From the IMG/VR virus record IMGVR_UViG_3300031965_000007, positions 1 through 64,000 of that record: a stretch of DNA of 64,000 bases; one strand, 5' to 3'. The notes beneath the pieces are model-generated. The model was not told the DNA's origin. It was given only the letters and a program-made list of their open reading frames with translations, and ran no database searches. The stretch is from a virus. Both the position numbers and the translations under genes were made by a program. Below, one piece after another: positions 39,370 through 49,739 of the stretch (positions within the stretch are counted from its first letter, which is position 1; each line of letters begins with the position of its first letter).

Positions 39370-39402
39370 CCCCGCACGACCACAAATCGTGCGGGGTTTT
39401 TT
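39370..39402 (+). terminator. intrinsic terminator
   Basis: CCCCGCACGA-ccacaaa-TCGTGCGGGG followed by TTTTTT. Confidence 0.85.
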
Positions 39403-39670
39403 CAATGCTCGAGGTGTGAAGCATGCGCCACTGGATACGGAGCTGGCACGATGGTAAGACGCCTTGCGATCTCTCGCTACGAGATGCATCGTCGCTGATC
39501 GTTGCTGGCAGGGATCAACTACGCAAGGATACGCTGGATCACATCACGTGTGACACCTGCCGAGACGCCGCAGAGCGGTGTATGTTCTCGGTGGCGCCTT
39601 CGCCCAGAGAGTAGGCACTGCTGACTCACTTGTGGTACAACAGCCCGTCAGCAACCGCGGAACAGGACCT

Positions 39671-41359
39671 ATGAGTAGCGCGACTCACACGAACATGGGC
39701 GCGGTGGGGTCGGCAGTGCCAGACCTTGCCGCAGGGATCGAAGGCGGATCGGGGCCTACCATGCCGATGACTGATCGGCAGCTAGAGCTGGATCGGCTGT
39801 GGCGGTACTACCGCTGCGCCAACTACGAAGGGAGGAAGTACGACTGGAACGGCCAGCCTACTCTGCCGAAGATCGAGCACGAGGTCGTAGCAACAGAAGG
39901 GTTCATGCCTGCCGGCTTCTACGACGCAGGTCAGACGGGCGACTTCCCGCTCAAGTTCCGCAGGCCGACTGCGCCGTTCTACCTAGCGAAAGTGATCGTG
40001 CGTCGCTTCACCTCCCTGCTCTTCAGCCAGAAGAAGCACCCGAAGATCGCAGCCGACGATCCGCTGACCGAGGACTGGCTGACGGGCTTTGCAGATGCCA
40101 CGCGCTTGTGGGTGCAGATGGCGAAGGCACGCAACTACGGCGGAGCCATGGGCTCGTCTGGCCTCGGGTTCAAGATCGTCGAGTCTGTGCCGTACGTCGA
40201 GGTGCACGATCCTCGCTGGGTGAACGTCGACTTCGCTGACCGAGAAGAATTGATCGTGCGGTCCTTCGAGAAGAAGTACCAGTTTCCGAAGGAGGTGATC
40301 AACCCTCTCAACGGCGAGCGAGAGGAGCAGTGGTTCTGGTACCGTCGCGTGATCGACGAAGAACAGGACTCGGTTTGGAACGAAGTGCCTGTCGACAGCT
40401 CCACGTCAGAGGAGCCGCAGTGGGACGCGATCCCTCATCACACCGTGGCGCACAACTTCGGGTTCTGCCCAATCGTGTGGATACAGAACACAGCCATCGA
40501 CGATGCAGTAGATGGTGATCCTGACTGCCACGGCATCTACGACACCATCGAAGCGATCGACGCTTTGTGGTCACAAGCCAATCGAGGCACCGTAGCGAAC
40601 TGCGACCCTACCGTTGCGATCGTCAGCGACGCCGACTTTATGGGCATTCGCAAAGGCAGCGGCAACGCCTTGCAGGTCGAGAAGGGCGGCAGCGTCAACT
40701 ACCTCGAGATGACTGGTGAGGGTGGCAAGGCTGCTGTCGAGCTAGCTGAAAAGCTTGAAGAGAAAGCACTGATCGTCGCGCGGTGCGTACTCGACACGAA
40801 CTTCTCGGGGCCGGCCCGCACAGTCGAAGAGGTCGACAAGAACTACTCGAACATGATCGAGCAGTGCGACGAGCTTCGCGAGCAGTACGGCGAGCGAGGC
40901 GTCAAGCGCCTTCTCGCCATGGTGTTAAAGATCGCGCGTCAGTTCGACCGAACGTGGGTCGACACCACAGGCCCGCTGCCTACACTGGTACGCGGGCTGA
41001 TCAAGCTCCCGAAGAAGCGCGAGACAGACGAAGCGACCGGTCAGTCTGTGTGGCTCCAGCGCCAGGTCGGTCTCGGAGAGCAGATCGAGCTGACTTGGCC
41101 CAACTACTTCGAGCCGAGTCAAGAGGCGATCGGCGCTGCGGTCACAGCCGCTGGCCAAGCAAAGCAGTACGCGCTCGTAGATGCCGAGACGGCAACCAAG
41201 TTCGTTGCACCATTCTTCCAGATCGAAAACATCCGTGAGGTTGTTGAGAAGGCGAAGGCTGATCAGCAGTCTATGGCTGACGCATTCGCAGAGCAAGCAA
41301 CGGCAGCGGGTCAGGGCGGTGTTCTGCCGCCACCTGTCGGCAAGAAGGCGTTTGGCTGA
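39671..41359 (+). CDS. portal protein
   Basis: About 560 aa, first large ORF after TerL, HNFGFCPIVWIQN motif of SPP1-like portals. Confidence 0.85.
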   Translation: MSSATHTNMGAVGSAVPDLAAGIEGGSGPTMPMTDRQLELDRLWRYYRCANYEGRKYDWNGQPTLPKIEHEVVATEGFMPAGFYDAGQTGDFPLKFRRPTAPFYLAKVIVRRFTSLLFSQKKHPKIAADDPLTEDWLTGFADATRLWVQMAKARNYGGAMGSSGLGFKIVESVPYVEVHDPRWVNVDFADREELIVRSFEKKYQFPKEVINPLNGEREEQWFWYRRVIDEEQDSVWNEVPVDSSTSEEPQWDAIPHHTVAHNFGFCPIVWIQNTAIDDAVDGDPDCHGIYDTIEAIDALWSQANRGTVANCDPTVAIVSDADFMGIRKGSGNALQVEKGGSVNYLEMTGEGGKAAVELAEKLEEKALIVARCVLDTNFSGPARTVEEVDKNYSNMIEQCDELREQYGERGVKRLLAMVLKIARQFDRTWVDTTGPLPTLVRGLIKLPKKRETDEATGQSVWLQRQVGLGEQIELTWPNYFEPSQEAIGAAVTAAGQAKQYALVDAETATKFVAPFFQIENIREVVEKAKADQQSMADAFAEQATAAGQGGVLPPPVGKKAFG

Positions 41360-41395
41360 CCACGTCGACAGTGATCGCCAGAGAAAGGATTGACA

Positions 41396-41776
41396 ATGGC
41401 TGCAAAGAAAAAGAGCGCCTTCGCAACACCGTCTGCCATGGCGTTAGTTACGGTGCAAAAGCTAGGCAAGGAGCGCGTTGCACACCGCAAGGCTGCTTAT
41501 GACTCTGCGATCAAGTCAGGTAAGAGTCGCATCGAGGCGGATGCGCATGCCAACAAGGCTGCAAAAAAGTTCGCAGCATCCCAACCAGGCCGAGCGGCCG
41601 CTGAGTCACACGCGCGCACTTTGAACAAGCCGCAGCGCGACTCAGGCAAGGCCATCAAAGAAGATCAACAGCCGAAAAAGCAGGCGCAAGAGCCTGGTCC
41701 GCTCTTGAAGGGAAAGAAAGGCGGCACCTTCCGCATTTCTGGATCAGGGCGCAAGGTTTACGCGAAGAAGCACTGA
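41396..41776 (+). CDS. basic protein with C-terminal GKKGG..F...SG.KVY motif
   Basis: K/A rich; C-terminus GPLLKGKKGGTFRISGSGRKVYAKK. Confidence 0.7.
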   Translation: MAAKKKSAFATPSAMALVTVQKLGKERVAHRKAAYDSAIKSGKSRIEADAHANKAAKKFAASQPGRAAAESHARTLNKPQRDSGKAIKEDQQPKKQAQEPGPLLKGKKGGTFRISGSGRKVYAKKH

Positions 41777-41784
41777 GCCTGACC

Positions 41785-42768
41785 ATGGCAAAGAGCAAAA
41801 GCAAGAAAGGCCGAGGCACTCCCTACATCACTGTAGAGGAGGTTGGGCGGCGTGGATCAGGCCAGCAGCACGTGGTCGAGCACGCCTCGAAGAAGGCTGC
41901 CCACGCCTACGGCATGAAGCAGCGGCGAGCTGGCGCCACCATCTTCGCTCACTCCCAAAAGACCGCAGCAGAGTTCGGCCTTGATCCGCGTAAGACGCCG
42001 GCGTCAGCTGGTCCGCACAACCTTCGCAAGCCGCCTGTCGCAGCGGTCAAGCCGCAGAAAGAGGCGCTGGCCAAGAAGGTCCGAACGCTCAAGGAAGCGC
42101 TGAGGGACACCAAGGCCGCCAAGGTCGAGGAAGGTCTGCACCGGTTGGCAAGCCGTGGAGGTGGCGACTCGAGTAGCCGCCCCAACTTGAGGGTGCTGCA
42201 AGGGGGCAAGGCTACCCCGAAAGCTGCCCCAGCCACCGCAGCGCCGGCACACAGGGCGCAACCCGCCACTAAAACACCCCCGCGCCCTGCGCACGCGCCC
42301 CGCAGCGCCCCGGAAGCGCGTCCCAGCGGGGGGAGTAGCACCCCTGCCCCTTTGCGGGGCGCACAAGGCGCCCACACGGTTGCCACGGCAGCCCGCGCTC
42401 TGACGTCTTCGGCAGCAACGCATGCCCGCATCGAGAGAACGAAGGAGCGCATGCGGCAGAGCGACCCGAAGGAAGCGGTGCGCGAACGCATGAAGCGCGC
42501 TTCCATGGCTGCCCGAGCAATCGATCCGCCAGATCAGAAGACCGCAGCCAAGCACCGCATCGCTGCCACGCGAGCGCGACTTGCCGGAAAGCATGCAGAA
42601 GCAGACAAGCATCATGCTAAGTCCCGCGGCGTAGCACCTGCGCCAGTCAGGAAACCGAGCTTGGCATCGAGCGTGTTGGATGCCGTCACAGGCCCGATCA
42701 TGAAGGGCAAGAAGGGCGGATCGTTTCGGATGTCCAAGTCAGGTCAAAAGGTCTATGTCAAGAAGTGA
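41785..42768 (+). CDS. long basic low-complexity protein with the same C-terminal motif
   Basis: C-terminus GPIMKGKKGGSFRMSKSGQKVYVKK. Confidence 0.7.
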   Translation: MAKSKSKKGRGTPYITVEEVGRRGSGQQHVVEHASKKAAHAYGMKQRRAGATIFAHSQKTAAEFGLDPRKTPASAGPHNLRKPPVAAVKPQKEALAKKVRTLKEALRDTKAAKVEEGLHRLASRGGGDSSSRPNLRVLQGGKATPKAAPATAAPAHRAQPATKTPPRPAHAPRSAPEARPSGGSSTPAPLRGAQGAHTVATAARALTSSAATHARIERTKERMRQSDPKEAVRERMKRASMAARAIDPPDQKTAAKHRIAATRARLAGKHAEADKHHAKSRGVAPAPVRKPSLASSVLDAVTGPIMKGKKGGSFRMSKSGQKVYVKK

Positions 42769-42776
42769 GGTCAGCC

Positions 42777-43001
42777 ATGGTCAGAGCCAAGTTCAAGTGT
42801 GATGCGATCAAGAAGCGCGACGATGTTGAAGGCGCAGAGATCTACATGATCCCAGTCGTCGGCGGAAGCGAGGAGAACGATCAGTTCTTCAAGTACACAC
42901 CGTGGGGGTCGTTCCACATGGGCGTCGTCAGCACCGACACCGCGTCGCTGTTCGAGGTAGGCAAGGAATACTACCTCGACTTCACGCCTGTGAAGGAGTG
43001 A
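42777..43001 (+). CDS. small conserved phage protein
   Basis: VRAKF...SEEN..FFKYTP.G...GKEYYLDF pattern; GAGG RBS. Confidence 0.7.
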   Translation: MVRAKFKCDAIKKRDDVEGAEIYMIPVVGGSEENDQFFKYTPWGSFHMGVVSTDTASLFEVGKEYYLDFTPVKE

Positions 43002-43005
43002 GAGC

Positions 43006-43281
43006 GTGGCGATCTTTCAAACCACCATCGCGTCGCCTGCAGCCTACACGGCTGCCGACGCGCCTAACGTTGTGATCCCCTTCGAGCCGAGGCGCATCAA
43101 GATCGTTCTGTTCGACACAGGTGCCGGAAAGACGGTGGAGGTCAGCTTCGACGGCGTGAACGATCACGCCGCGCTGAGCTTCGACAACGACTTCCTCGTT
43201 TGCGACTTGCACCAGAACGTTCGCAACATCTGGGTGAAGGGCTCGAGCGCTGCGGTCGCGCAGATCATCGCAGAGCAGTAA
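43006..43281 (+). CDS. hypothetical beta-rich protein (possibly virion)
   Basis: AAGGAG RBS, 91 aa. Confidence 0.55.
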   Translation: MAIFQTTIASPAAYTAADAPNVVIPFEPRRIKIVLFDTGAGKTVEVSFDGVNDHAALSFDNDFLVCDLHQNVRNIWVKGSSAAVAQIIAEQ

Positions 43282-43286
43282 TCGGG

Positions 43287-43586
43287 ATGGAGTGCACGTT
43301 CTGCCAGATAGCCAAAGGGCACCGCGTCGCTGAGATCGTCCACAAGACAGATCGATTCGTTGTGTTCCAGCCGATCACGAAAGCGAGTGAGAAGCTCCTG
43401 ATCGTGCCTGCCCTTCACGCTGAGTCTCTCGCCGACTTCCCTTTGCAAGAACTCGGCGAGTGGCTCAGCATCGCGCATCATGTCGCAGACATCGTGAAGG
43501 CGCGAAGCTATCGAATGCAGATCAACGTCAACAACCAGTTCCAGAACGTGCGCCACATCTACATGCAGTTCAGCTATCAGAAGTGA
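43287..43586 (+). CDS. HIT-fold protein with degenerate histidine triad
   Basis: CTFCQI, LLIVP..H, Q.V.HIYMQ in place of HxHxH. Confidence 0.7.
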   Translation: MECTFCQIAKGHRVAEIVHKTDRFVVFQPITKASEKLLIVPALHAESLADFPLQELGEWLSIAHHVADIVKARSYRMQINVNNQFQNVRHIYMQFSYQK

Positions 43587-44059
43587 GAGCCTATGCCGGG
43601 TGTGATCAGGATAGGTGGCAGGATCTACGCCGTTACGCGTGACTTCCGGAGTGAGTTCACACGAGCAGGCGATGCACGACCCTTGGCCACCAACGAGCGC
43701 AACGACAACAATCCGAGCGACGGGACACCCATTGAGCCCGACTCCCCCGACTCACCGTTTCGAGTCGGCACGCCTTATCACGACGTGCACGAAGACGTGT
43801 GGTACAGGGTGGTCGCTCGGCTGAACATCGCTGAAGGCTGGGGTACTGCGGGTTTCTGGATCGCGCGCTGGGGTTGCTTTTACGGCGACGTCCTCAAGTT
43901 GGTGCGCATGGGCTGGCTCGATGCCGCTCTCGAGCACGGCAGCGCGGTGAAGAGGTTTCGGTGTCGTGATGAGATCCGCGTGCTGCGATGGATGGAGGAG
44001 AACGCACCGCCTCCCTCACCTGCGCCTGTGCGGCGCAAGAAGGCTACCAAGAGGCGCAC

Positions 44060-44506
44060 ATGATCATCGCTATCGACTTTGACGACACGCTGGTGGAGCA
44101 GAACGAGGACTACCACGACCTTGAGACGCCCCTCGAGTTCAAGCCAGGTGCCAAGGAAGCAGTGCTCCAGCTGAAAGCAGCCGGACACACACTGGTGCTC
44201 TTCAGTGCACGTGCCAACAAGGCACTGAGGCAGGATTGGGGTCTCAATCCGCTGTGGCGCAACGGTCTTGTGCCGTTCGACCGTTATAGGTGGGCAGCGT
44301 CGTTGGTGACGAACATCCGCAGGTACCAACAGATGCTCACTTTCATCGAAGCCGAGGTGCCCGGCGTCTTTGCTTACGTTGACGACGGCGAGCAAGGTAA
44401 GATTTCGGCTGACGTCTACATCGACGACAAGGCCTTACGCTACGGCCAGTCTGTTGGCTGGCCCAAGATTGCTGTAGCCTACGGTGAGCCAGAAGGAGGC
44501 GAGTAG
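44060..44506 (+). CDS. HAD-superfamily phosphatase-like protein
   Basis: IAIDFDDT, FSAR, K..ADVYIDDK. Confidence 0.8.
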   Translation: MIIAIDFDDTLVEQNEDYHDLETPLEFKPGAKEAVLQLKAAGHTLVLFSARANKALRQDWGLNPLWRNGLVPFDRYRWAASLVTNIRRYQQMLTFIEAEVPGVFAYVDDGEQGKISADVYIDDKALRYGQSVGWPKIAVAYGEPEGGE

Positions 44507-44899
44507 ATGGGATCTCGACACAGACACATACGGAAGTTTGCGAACGGGCAGATGACGCCCGAGGAGTACCACAGCAAGTTCGCCTTCCCACCGCACGCCA
44601 AGTGCCAGGCTTGTCCGTCCAGGCCGATGACACGTGTGATCATCTTGATGGAGATGAAGGAGGCACGCAAGAATCCGCTCATCGATCAGTGGATGCTTGT
44701 AGATCCGGCGTCGTTCATGTCCAACGTCGTGCAGATCAGGGGCAGCGACGGCAAGCCTACTCCCTACTGGCGCGTGTCGGTCGTGTACGCTTGCAAGGCT
44801 TGCACCCCTGCCCTCGAGAAGCAGGCAGCGAAGGCGCCTTCGCACTGCATCGTCGAGATCAACCACGGACCTGACCCAAAGAATAGGATCGTGGCATGA
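44507..44899 (+). CDS. hypothetical protein with two CxxC pairs
   Basis: CQAC and CKAC; GGAGG RBS. Confidence 0.6.
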   Translation: MGSRHRHIRKFANGQMTPEEYHSKFAFPPHAKCQACPSRPMTRVIILMEMKEARKNPLIDQWMLVDPASFMSNVVQIRGSDGKPTPYWRVSVVYACKACTPALEKQAAKAPSHCIVEINHGPDPKNRIVA

Positions 44900-45347
44900 A
44901 GAAGGGCGACGATCTAAAAAGCCGCGTCGCCAACAAGCGCGTCGCCAACAAGCTCAAGAACATGCCTGGCGCGTTCAAACCTCCGAAGGCACCGAAGGCC
45001 GTTCAAGCAACACCGACCAAGCAGAGTACAGCAGTCGATACCAGCTGACGCCAAAACGCCGCACGACTTCTTCTGGTAGAAGTAGCGATCAAGCGTGGGG
45101 GCGAAGACCATGATGTTGCGCAGTAGGATGGTTCACGCACTCGTCCGGTGGGGAGGCGAGGAGCGCGCAGAGCTTGCAGAGAAGAACGACGGCGAGATCC
45201 GGTCTATGGTCGACGACCTGAAGATGCGGCTCGTAGTCGACGACCCTGCTCAAAGAGACGATTGCGATCGCGAAGACTGACGTACCGTCTTGCTGCTCGG
45301 TAGGTCTGGGTGTACGGTGTGCGGATCGACGCACTGAGGAGACTCCT

Positions 45348-45491
45348 ATGCCCGAGACCAAGAAAGGTCGCAAGATCAAGAAGGCAATGAAGGACAGGTA
45401 TGGCAAGAAGAAAGGCGAACAGGTCTTCTACGCCTCTGCCAACAAAGGCACGATCGCTGGCGTGCACGAAAAGAAGACGAGGAAGAAGTGA
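45348..45491 (+). CDS. 47-aa basic phage protein (absent from the ORF track)
   Basis: GAGGAG RBS; MPETKKGRKIKKAMKDRYGKKKGEQVFYASANKGTIAGV. Confidence 0.7.
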   Translation: MPETKKGRKIKKAMKDRYGKKKGEQVFYASANKGTIAGVHEKKTRKK

Positions 45492-46583
45492 CTTGGACTG
45501 TTCGCGGTCTTCGAGCCTCTTACGTCGTTTACATCGACGGCGAAGAGAAGATGTCGACCACTAGCCGATACGGCACTGCCCGACGTCCCGAAGGCGCAAA
45601 GAACCATCGCAAGAGTGCGGTCGGCGAAGCCTTGGTAGTGATGCGCGCGCATCCGACAGGGAAGTTGTGCCAGATCGTCAAACGCTACCCCGTGCAAGCT
45701 CACAAAGATCACGTTCTCTACACGTGGCGGAACGTTGACGGCGCATGGCGCCTGGCCCCCAAACACAAGGAGCTTGCAGCATGAGGGAGTGGGTCGCGAA
45801 GCGTGTTGCGAGGTGGGCAGGCACGTCGGCAGAAGGCGGCTCGCTTCGCGCACCGACAGCCAACCTCGGCATACGCATTCAAGAGAAAGACGGATCCGAG
45901 GTTGTGCTGCTACCTCACGGCGACAGCTTCGACCTGATCAGTGGTAAGGCGGAGTATTACGTTGTACATATCTCGCCCAAGGCCATGATGAAGCTTGCTT
46001 GGTTCACCATTTGGACGTGGTGGATCAAGGGAACGTGGTTCGGCTTCAAGCTCGACGCGTGGAACTGGGCAATGTCAGTGGCGATTGAAGAGACGATGTA
46101 CAGGAGGCTTCGTGCCGACGAGCAAAGAAAAGCGGCGTCGCCTCGCCGTGTTCGCTGATAAGGCAAACTACGTTGATCCACCAGAGCCTGTCACGCTTGG
46201 CGACGTTCTCTACTCCCCTCCCAACCTGGATGACTCCAGGAAGATGTGCCAGAACTGCATCCATTGGCTGCGATCTGGCGCTCAGTGCGAGCTGATGCTT
46301 TCGGATGTCGTGGTGCCGCCAGATGCGATCTGCGGCTACCATGTGTTCGGAACACCTAGGCCGGTAGGACATAGCGAATACTACGCCAGGGAAGGCTTTC
46401 TTGCGATCGACCCAGCACTCTCTGGGTTTGAGCAAGTGAGCGGTGGCACGAGCTGTGATCGATGCAAGTTCTACAGCTCTGCACGCTCGGCCAACTTCGG
46501 TAAGTGCTCTGCGGTGATCGACGACGAAGGCGCTTCTGCCCTCGTCGCAGATAAGGGGTGCTGCGCAAGGTGGAGAGATCGCG

Positions 46584-47510
46584 ATGGCGGCTAGAAAGCG
46601 CTCTACACCTCAGACGAAGATGCAGAATGCGACGATCGCTCACCGACGCACAATGGATCGTGTGTTGGACAGGAGCGTGACGTCTGGTGTGAAGGCAGAC
46701 TTCAACGACGAGATGGCTCGGCTTGAAAAGGATCTACGCCGTGCCTTGCGCAACCGCTCCACGATCAAGTCTACGCGCGGCGAAGTTGCAAACGTCGCCC
46801 GCGTGGTCACTGCGCGCATGAAAGCCTTTGCCGACCACGCCGCTGCGCGCATGGTTGACACGACTGCGGAGACGCAAGCCGAGGCAGTTCGCTCTCTCGC
46901 CAAGTTCCTACACACCGTGCGCCCGAGCGGCACGAAGCTCGACGACGAATCGGCATATCGAGCGATCCTACGGAAGGACACGCGATCTCTGTCTGCGCAG
47001 AGGAGAGCGTCAGGTAAGGCGCTATCCAAGTCGATCGTGTCGCGCATGAAAGAGGTCCTTCACACAGAAAACCTCGAAGGCATTACCTCTCGTGATCTCG
47101 AGCGCCTTACCGTAGATACGGTTCAGCAGCAGTGGTGGCAGATCGATCGCACGATCAGGACAGAGAACAGCGTCTCATTCAATCAAGCCCAGTACAACGC
47201 CTTCCTCGAGCTTGGTGACGAAGCTCGAGGCATCTTCATGCGCTGGACCGAGATGGTGAACGACATCACAGGCCTTCCAATGGACACGCGCGTAGGCAAC
47301 GATTCGTTGGTGCTGCACGGTCAGCTTGCGCCGCCTGGCGGTTCGTTTGTCATGCCGCCGCACCCTCTCGCGCCTAAAGCCATGGTCGGTAAGATCTGGT
47401 ACGCTCCGCCTAACCGACCTAACGATCGAGCTGTACTCACGCCGTGGGCACCTGGTCAAGGTGTGGACGGTTGGCAGTGGCTGAACAGCCGCCGCATCAA
47501 CATTGCATAG
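46584..47510 (+). CDS. head morphogenesis (MuF/gp7-like) protein
   Basis: RTIRTE, D.RVG.DS..LHGQ, PPNRPNDRA. Confidence 0.7.
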   Translation: MAARKRSTPQTKMQNATIAHRRTMDRVLDRSVTSGVKADFNDEMARLEKDLRRALRNRSTIKSTRGEVANVARVVTARMKAFADHAAARMVDTTAETQAEAVRSLAKFLHTVRPSGTKLDDESAYRAILRKDTRSLSAQRRASGKALSKSIVSRMKEVLHTENLEGITSRDLERLTVDTVQQQWWQIDRTIRTENSVSFNQAQYNAFLELGDEARGIFMRWTEMVNDITGLPMDTRVGNDSLVLHGQLAPPGGSFVMPPHPLAPKAMVGKIWYAPPNRPNDRAVLTPWAPGQGVDGWQWLNSRRINIA

Positions 47511-47554
47511 CGAAGGCTGCTCCTGTAGCATCCTGCGCACCAAGGAGACGTGTC

Positions 47555-48157
47555 ATGCCTGTCGATCCGAAGAAGCTCAGCGCCTTTGCCGGCGGGAACA
47601 CCGCCGAGAAGAAAAAGAAGAAGCCTCCTGCTCCGACTTCCCACGAAGAAGAGGACGAGGAAGACCTGGACGAGGATCTCGAGAAAGAGGAAGAGGAGCC
47701 TGAGCCAGGCATGGAAGACGAGATCGCGGAAGGGAACGTCCCTTCCGGCCCGACCAACCCAGGCGCAGTGATCCCTTTCTTCGAACAGTATGCCGACGAG
47801 ATCGAAGCATGCTGCGACGAGTTGGACTACGACGTGCTCATCGACCCAGAACTCGACATGAGCGAAGAGGACGAAGTGATCATGCAGGAAGGCGCAGCGA
47901 TGCTCCCTCCGCGCCTCGCAGGCAACCTCTGGCACCTGACTGACATCGACTACGACGCAGCTCTTGCGATCGGCAAGCATCTCGAAGAGGAGCGCATGTC
48001 GCAAGATGCCGAGAGAACAGCCGGCTGGATCTACAGAATCGGGCAGCTTCTCGCAGCCGATTCGGACGAAGAGATCCCTGCAGAGGACTTCGGAGAAGAG
48101 GCAGAAGACGCTGACTTTTCTGGTGAAGAGGACGACGCAGACATGGTCGGTGCGTGA
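47555..48157 (+). CDS. acidic hypothetical protein
   Basis: AAGGAG RBS; D/E rich. Confidence 0.65.
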   Translation: MPVDPKKLSAFAGGNTAEKKKKKPPAPTSHEEEDEEDLDEDLEKEEEEPEPGMEDEIAEGNVPSGPTNPGAVIPFFEQYADEIEACCDELDYDVLIDPELDMSEEDEVIMQEGAAMLPPRLAGNLWHLTDIDYDAALAIGKHLEEERMSQDAERTAGWIYRIGQLLAADSDEEIPAEDFGEEAEDADFSGEEDDADMVGA

Positions 48158-48686
48158 GATCCGTTGGAGCAGGTCTTGCCTACCTGTGGCATCTAGCGTA
48201 ACCTGAGGTCGTTTTGTACCTCGGACCGCGGCTCCCGGTTCTGGAGCTGATCAGCAAGAAGAGGAGAACAGCCCATGTTTCACGAGCCCGTACCGCCAGG
48301 CCAGCCACGCTCTCTGCGGTCCATTGCAGAGAAGCAGAACGCGTCGTCGAGCTTCGAAGGCGAAATGCCGTACGACGCACAGGCTGGTGCTCCTCCAGGT
48401 ACGCCTGGTGCGAGCGGCACCTACAAGGAAATGGAGCGCAGGTCGATGTCAGCCGAGCGTTCCGACATTCCCACGCCATTCGTCGTCACGTTCCACAAGC
48501 GCGGCGGCCGTAAGTGATCAAGCACAACGCCATCGGGCAGGATTGTGCGATCCAGGACCCGCGTCGCGCTTACGAGAACGCTGAAGGCAGGTACGCAGAC
48601 TGCTGCCAACGTTTGAGCGATCAGCAACGCTACCCAAACGCCGAGCCTGCGACCCCTGATCCAACTCCGTTCAGCACGAGGCGTTG

Positions 48687-49070
48687 ATGGCACACACCTT
48701 CCGAGTGCACGGCGAGATGACGGCGAAGCCCTCGAGCGGATCGCCGTCGGGTTGCGTCAGCTTCTCTGCACCCATCGACGAGTCGATCAGCCTCTCGAAG
48801 GAGCCGGCAACCGCGGAGTACGATCTGACTGCGGACGCGCCACAGGCAGTTGCTTTCGGCGCTCTCTCGCAAGCCAATGTGATCATGATCAAGACCGTTG
48901 GTGGCAAGGTGGCGGCAACGCTGACCAGCGCTGACGGCGCAGCGCAAGTGATTCCTGTCGATTCCTTCGCTCTGATCATGAGCACAACTGTGCCGTACAC
49001 AGCACTCTCGATCACGAGAGCAGCTGGCGTTGCAACCACCGTCAAGATCCTACTTGGCGAGAGAACCTGA
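48687..49070 (+). CDS. putative virion structural protein
   Basis: A/T/S/V-rich beta protein in the head module. Confidence 0.55.
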   Translation: MAHTFRVHGEMTAKPSSGSPSGCVSFSAPIDESISLSKEPATAEYDLTADAPQAVAFGALSQANVIMIKTVGGKVAATLTSADGAAQVIPVDSFALIMSTTVPYTALSITRAAGVATTVKILLGERT

Positions 49071-49085
49071 TCAGGAGCCTGTACA

Positions 49086-49565
49086 ATGACGACGACTTCC
49101 GTAAAGACGCTTCGACTCTCCATGAACCGTGCTAGCCCGAACGAGGTAGCGGACATCCTCCGCCGCATCAAGTTCGGTAACATGCTCGAGCCGATCAAGG
49201 TGACCTTTGCGTCCCTTACCGCAGCAGCTGCGATCGACATCACCACCGCTGCTTCCAAGGCAGGAGCTACGATCGTAGGAGGTCTCACTCTCGCAACATC
49301 TGAGCTTCTGCCTGCCATCGGACAGGTCGTTGGGCTGCGCGTTTCGGCGTCCGGTACCGCAGGATCGCTTGGCGCGTACATCGTGTCAGATTCTGGCGCC
49401 ACTCCGATCGTGCCGCCAGGCGGCGCCGGTGCTGCGGTAGGCATCGCAACGCTGTCTGACGATGGCAAGACTCTCACCTTCCCGAACACGGTCACCGGGT
49501 TCGTGCTCACCTACCTGCCTCGAGCCGCTGTCGACATGGACAGCGACTTCGCACCCAACGTCTGA
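49086..49565 (+). CDS. putative head decoration protein
   Basis: AGGAG RBS; A/G/T rich; upstream of scaffold. Confidence 0.5.
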   Translation: MTTTSVKTLRLSMNRASPNEVADILRRIKFGNMLEPIKVTFASLTAAAAIDITTAASKAGATIVGGLTLATSELLPAIGQVVGLRVSASGTAGSLGAYIVSDSGATPIVPPGGAGAAVGIATLSDDGKTLTFPNTVTGFVLTYLPRAAVDMDSDFAPNV

Positions 49566-49739
49566 CACGATTCACTGGGAATGAGCCCAGTGATCATTTG
49601 AGAGAAACCTCCAACCAAACCATTCTGTAACACGTCCATTCAGGCTCGACGGTGATCCCGTCGTCCATAAACGCGAGTGACGACGGCGGTGAACAGTCGG
49701 AATCTGGGACGGGTCACGGGCAAGAAGGAAGAGATACAG

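Noticed and set aside
44924-44953. GCGTCGCCAACAAGC tandem duplication
   Set aside because: In-frame five-codon duplication (RVANK x2) in a small basic ORF; no sign of separate function
45300-45347. Possible third hammerhead (TGCG..CGCA-CTGAGGA-GAC)
   Set aside because: No GAAA core or stem III/NUH upstream; GAGGAG is simply the RBS of 45348
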